NCBI GenBank assembly: GCA_965601925.1
Contig: OZ271854.1
Location: 1,568,001 to 1,632,000 of the forward strand
From: Alkalispirochaeta sp.
GTDB taxonomy: Bacteria; Spirochaetota; Spirochaetia; DSM-27196; Alkalispirochaetaceae
DNA: 64,000 nucleotides
Direction of reading: 5' to 3'
How positions within the stretch are numbered: position 1 is the first letter of the stretch; each line of letters begins with the position of its first letter. The notes beneath the pieces are model-generated. The model was not told where the DNA came from. It searched no databases and saw nothing but the letters and a program-made list of their open reading frames with translations. Below are positions 62,766 to 64,000 of this stretch, in pieces. Made by a program: the position numbers and the translations under genes.

Positions 62766-63213
62766 CACATCGTTCGCTACGGTATCACGGTGGCTGCTCC
62801 GATTCGGGGCGGTCGCCGTGTTTATCGTTACGGTGAGTATGTTGGCCTCCTGCGGACCGTCTCAGGACGAGGAGCAGGCGTCGCGGGCCGTTCGCGATGT
62901 CGTCGACCAGTTCTTTCAGGCGCTCTCAGTCGGTGACGGTGAGGCGCTGGCGCTTCACGCCCCGACGCTTGTCGACACCGACCGTCTCGCGCTCGACCAA
63001 ATCGAACGCAGTCTGTCGCCGGACGTTCGGTGGGAGATACGAGATGTATCGATCGACGGGCGGCGAGCTTCGGCCGAGGTGGAGTTAACGGGCCTCGACA
63101 CCGCTTCGACCGTGCGCGTTATCGTGCCCCTTAGGAGTCGGGACGCCGTGTGGACCGTCTCCGATACGCTCGAGATTTCGCAGACTCTGGATTTCGTGCC
63201 GATCGACCGCTGA
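62749..63213 (+). CDS. Putative lipoprotein (NTF2-like size/pattern); start uncertain
   Basis: Hydrophobic stretch ending MLAS-C, then an acidic helix + beta domain. Confidence 0.55.
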   Translation: MFDTTNTSFATVSRWLLRFGAVAVFIVTVSMLASCGPSQDEEQASRAVRDVVDQFFQALSVGDGEALALHAPTLVDTDRLALDQIERSLSPDVRWEIRDVSIDGRRASAEVELTGLDTASTVRVIVPLRSRDAVWTVSDTLEISQTLDFVPIDR

Positions 63214-63228
63214 ACCCCCTTCGCCGTA

Positions 63229-63257
63229 TTGATTTTCACCACCGCTTGGGATACTAT
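63229..63257 (+). promoter_or_regulatory. Putative promoter of tRNA-Ser-Ser-ffs
   Basis: TTGATT-17 bp-TACTAT plus GC discriminator. Confidence 0.6.
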
Positions 63258-63277
63258 CGCCTCCACATTCGCTGTCT

Positions 63278-63365
63278 GGAGAGGTGCGAGAGTGGTTGAA
63301 TCGGGCGGACTCGAAATCCGTTGTGCAGCTCTGCTGTACCGAGGGTTCGAATCCCTCCCTCTCCG
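63278..63365 (+). tRNA. tRNA-Ser(CGA)
   Basis: Acceptor GGAGAGG/CCTCTCC, loop CT-CGA-AA, long variable arm. Confidence 0.96.
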
Positions 63366-63417
63366 TACACCGAATAGTTCGGCATCGGGCCGTGCGCCTG
63401 AGTTTGCGTCACGTGTT

Positions 63418-63505
63418 GGAGAGGTGACCGAGTGGCCGAAGGTGAACGCTTGGAAAGCGTTTGTACCCTAACCGGGTACCGGGGGTTCGAATCCCCCTCT
63501 CTCCG
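63418..63505 (+). tRNA. tRNA-Ser(GGA)
   Basis: Anticodon stem AACGC/GCGTT, loop TT-GGA-AA, long variable arm, GTTCGAATC. Confidence 0.96.
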
Positions 63506-63511
63506 TACATT

Positions 63512-63638
63512 GCCCCTTCGGTGTTGAAGCCCGGGCCCTGTGCAAGTCGTCGTCGCCCAACCCCGTCAGATCCGGAAGGAAGCAGCGGTAAGCGAACGGC
63601 GGTTGTGCCGCAGATCGCTTGGGTGGAGCTGGAGGGGT
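63512..63638 (+). ncRNA. ffs: Signal recognition particle RNA (small bacterial type)
   Basis: Domain IV motif CCGTCAGATCCGGAAGGAAGCAGCGG within a long rod closed by GCCCCTTCGG/CTGGAGGGGT, followed by a T-run; usual position before dnaX. Confidence 0.92.
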
Positions 63639-63656
63639 TTTTTTTGAGGGTATTCC

Positions 63657-64000
63657 ATGAGCTATGAAGTCACCGCCACGCGCCGTCGTCCACGAACCTT
63701 TGACGAGCTCATCGGACAGGACTTCGTTGTAGCGACGCTCAAAAGCAGCATCGCCTCGGGCAGAATTGCCCACGCGTATCTTTTTTCGGGTCCGCGCGGT
63801 GTCGGTAAAACGAGCGCGGCACGCATTCTCGCCAAGGCGCTTAACTGTCCCGACGGCCCCGATCCTGCCGGGTGCGACGACTCGGCGGAGAGCGAGGAGA
63901 TCACACGCGGCACCGCCCTCGACGTCATCGAGATCGACGGTGCATCCAATACCAGCGTCAATGACGTCCGTCAGATTAAGGACGAGGTACTGTTTGCGCC
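63657..64000 (+). CDS. dnaX: DNA polymerase III gamma/tau subunit, 3'-truncated (not in the ORF track)
   Basis: Manual translation MSYEVTATRRRPRTFDELIGQ...HAYLFSGPRGVGKTSAARILAKALNC...EIDGASNTSVNDVR. Confidence 0.96.
   Translation, partial: MSYEVTATRRRPRTFDELIGQDFVVATLKSSIASGRIAHAYLFSGPRGVGKTSAARILAKALNCPDGPDPAGCDDSAESEEITRGTALDVIEIDGASNTSVNDVRQIKDEVLFA

Overview
This is the replication-origin region of a high-GC spirochete, most likely a free-living Spirochaetaceae member. Its exported proteins are acidic and almost lysine-free, which suggests a halo/alkaliphile. The core consists of dnaA-dnaN-recF-dciA and rpmH-rnpA-yidC-jag (minus strand), split by an inserted chemoreceptor gene. A bipartite-looking oriC has DnaA boxes upstream of dnaA, and a box/GC-cluster/DnaA-trio/AT-rich unwinding module between dnaA and dnaN. 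A satellite DnaA-box cluster lies next to jag. To the right are gyrB-gyrA, three parS sites embedded in yigZ, parA-parB, five tRNAs (all four Ser isoacceptors plus Arg-GCG), SRP RNA and the start of dnaX. Accessory content includes a GlpA-like flavoprotein translationally coupled to an SdhB-like Fe-S protein, an ahcY-metK-metF operon, an Etf-linked lactate operon with a racemase and two dehydrogenase paralogues, long-form Lhr, Ada-AlkA/Ogt/Mpg alkylation repair, a GH3/AraC pair and an amino-acid ABC transporter. The most unusual non-coding feature is a ~179-bp-period tRNA-Arg-linked repeat: it duplicates the tRNA 3' end and terminator and carries an antisense copy of the T-arm. No transposase, integrase, CRISPR array or rRNA was seen. 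All calls are by eye from motifs, with no database search. Several start codons were re-chosen relative to the ORF track.
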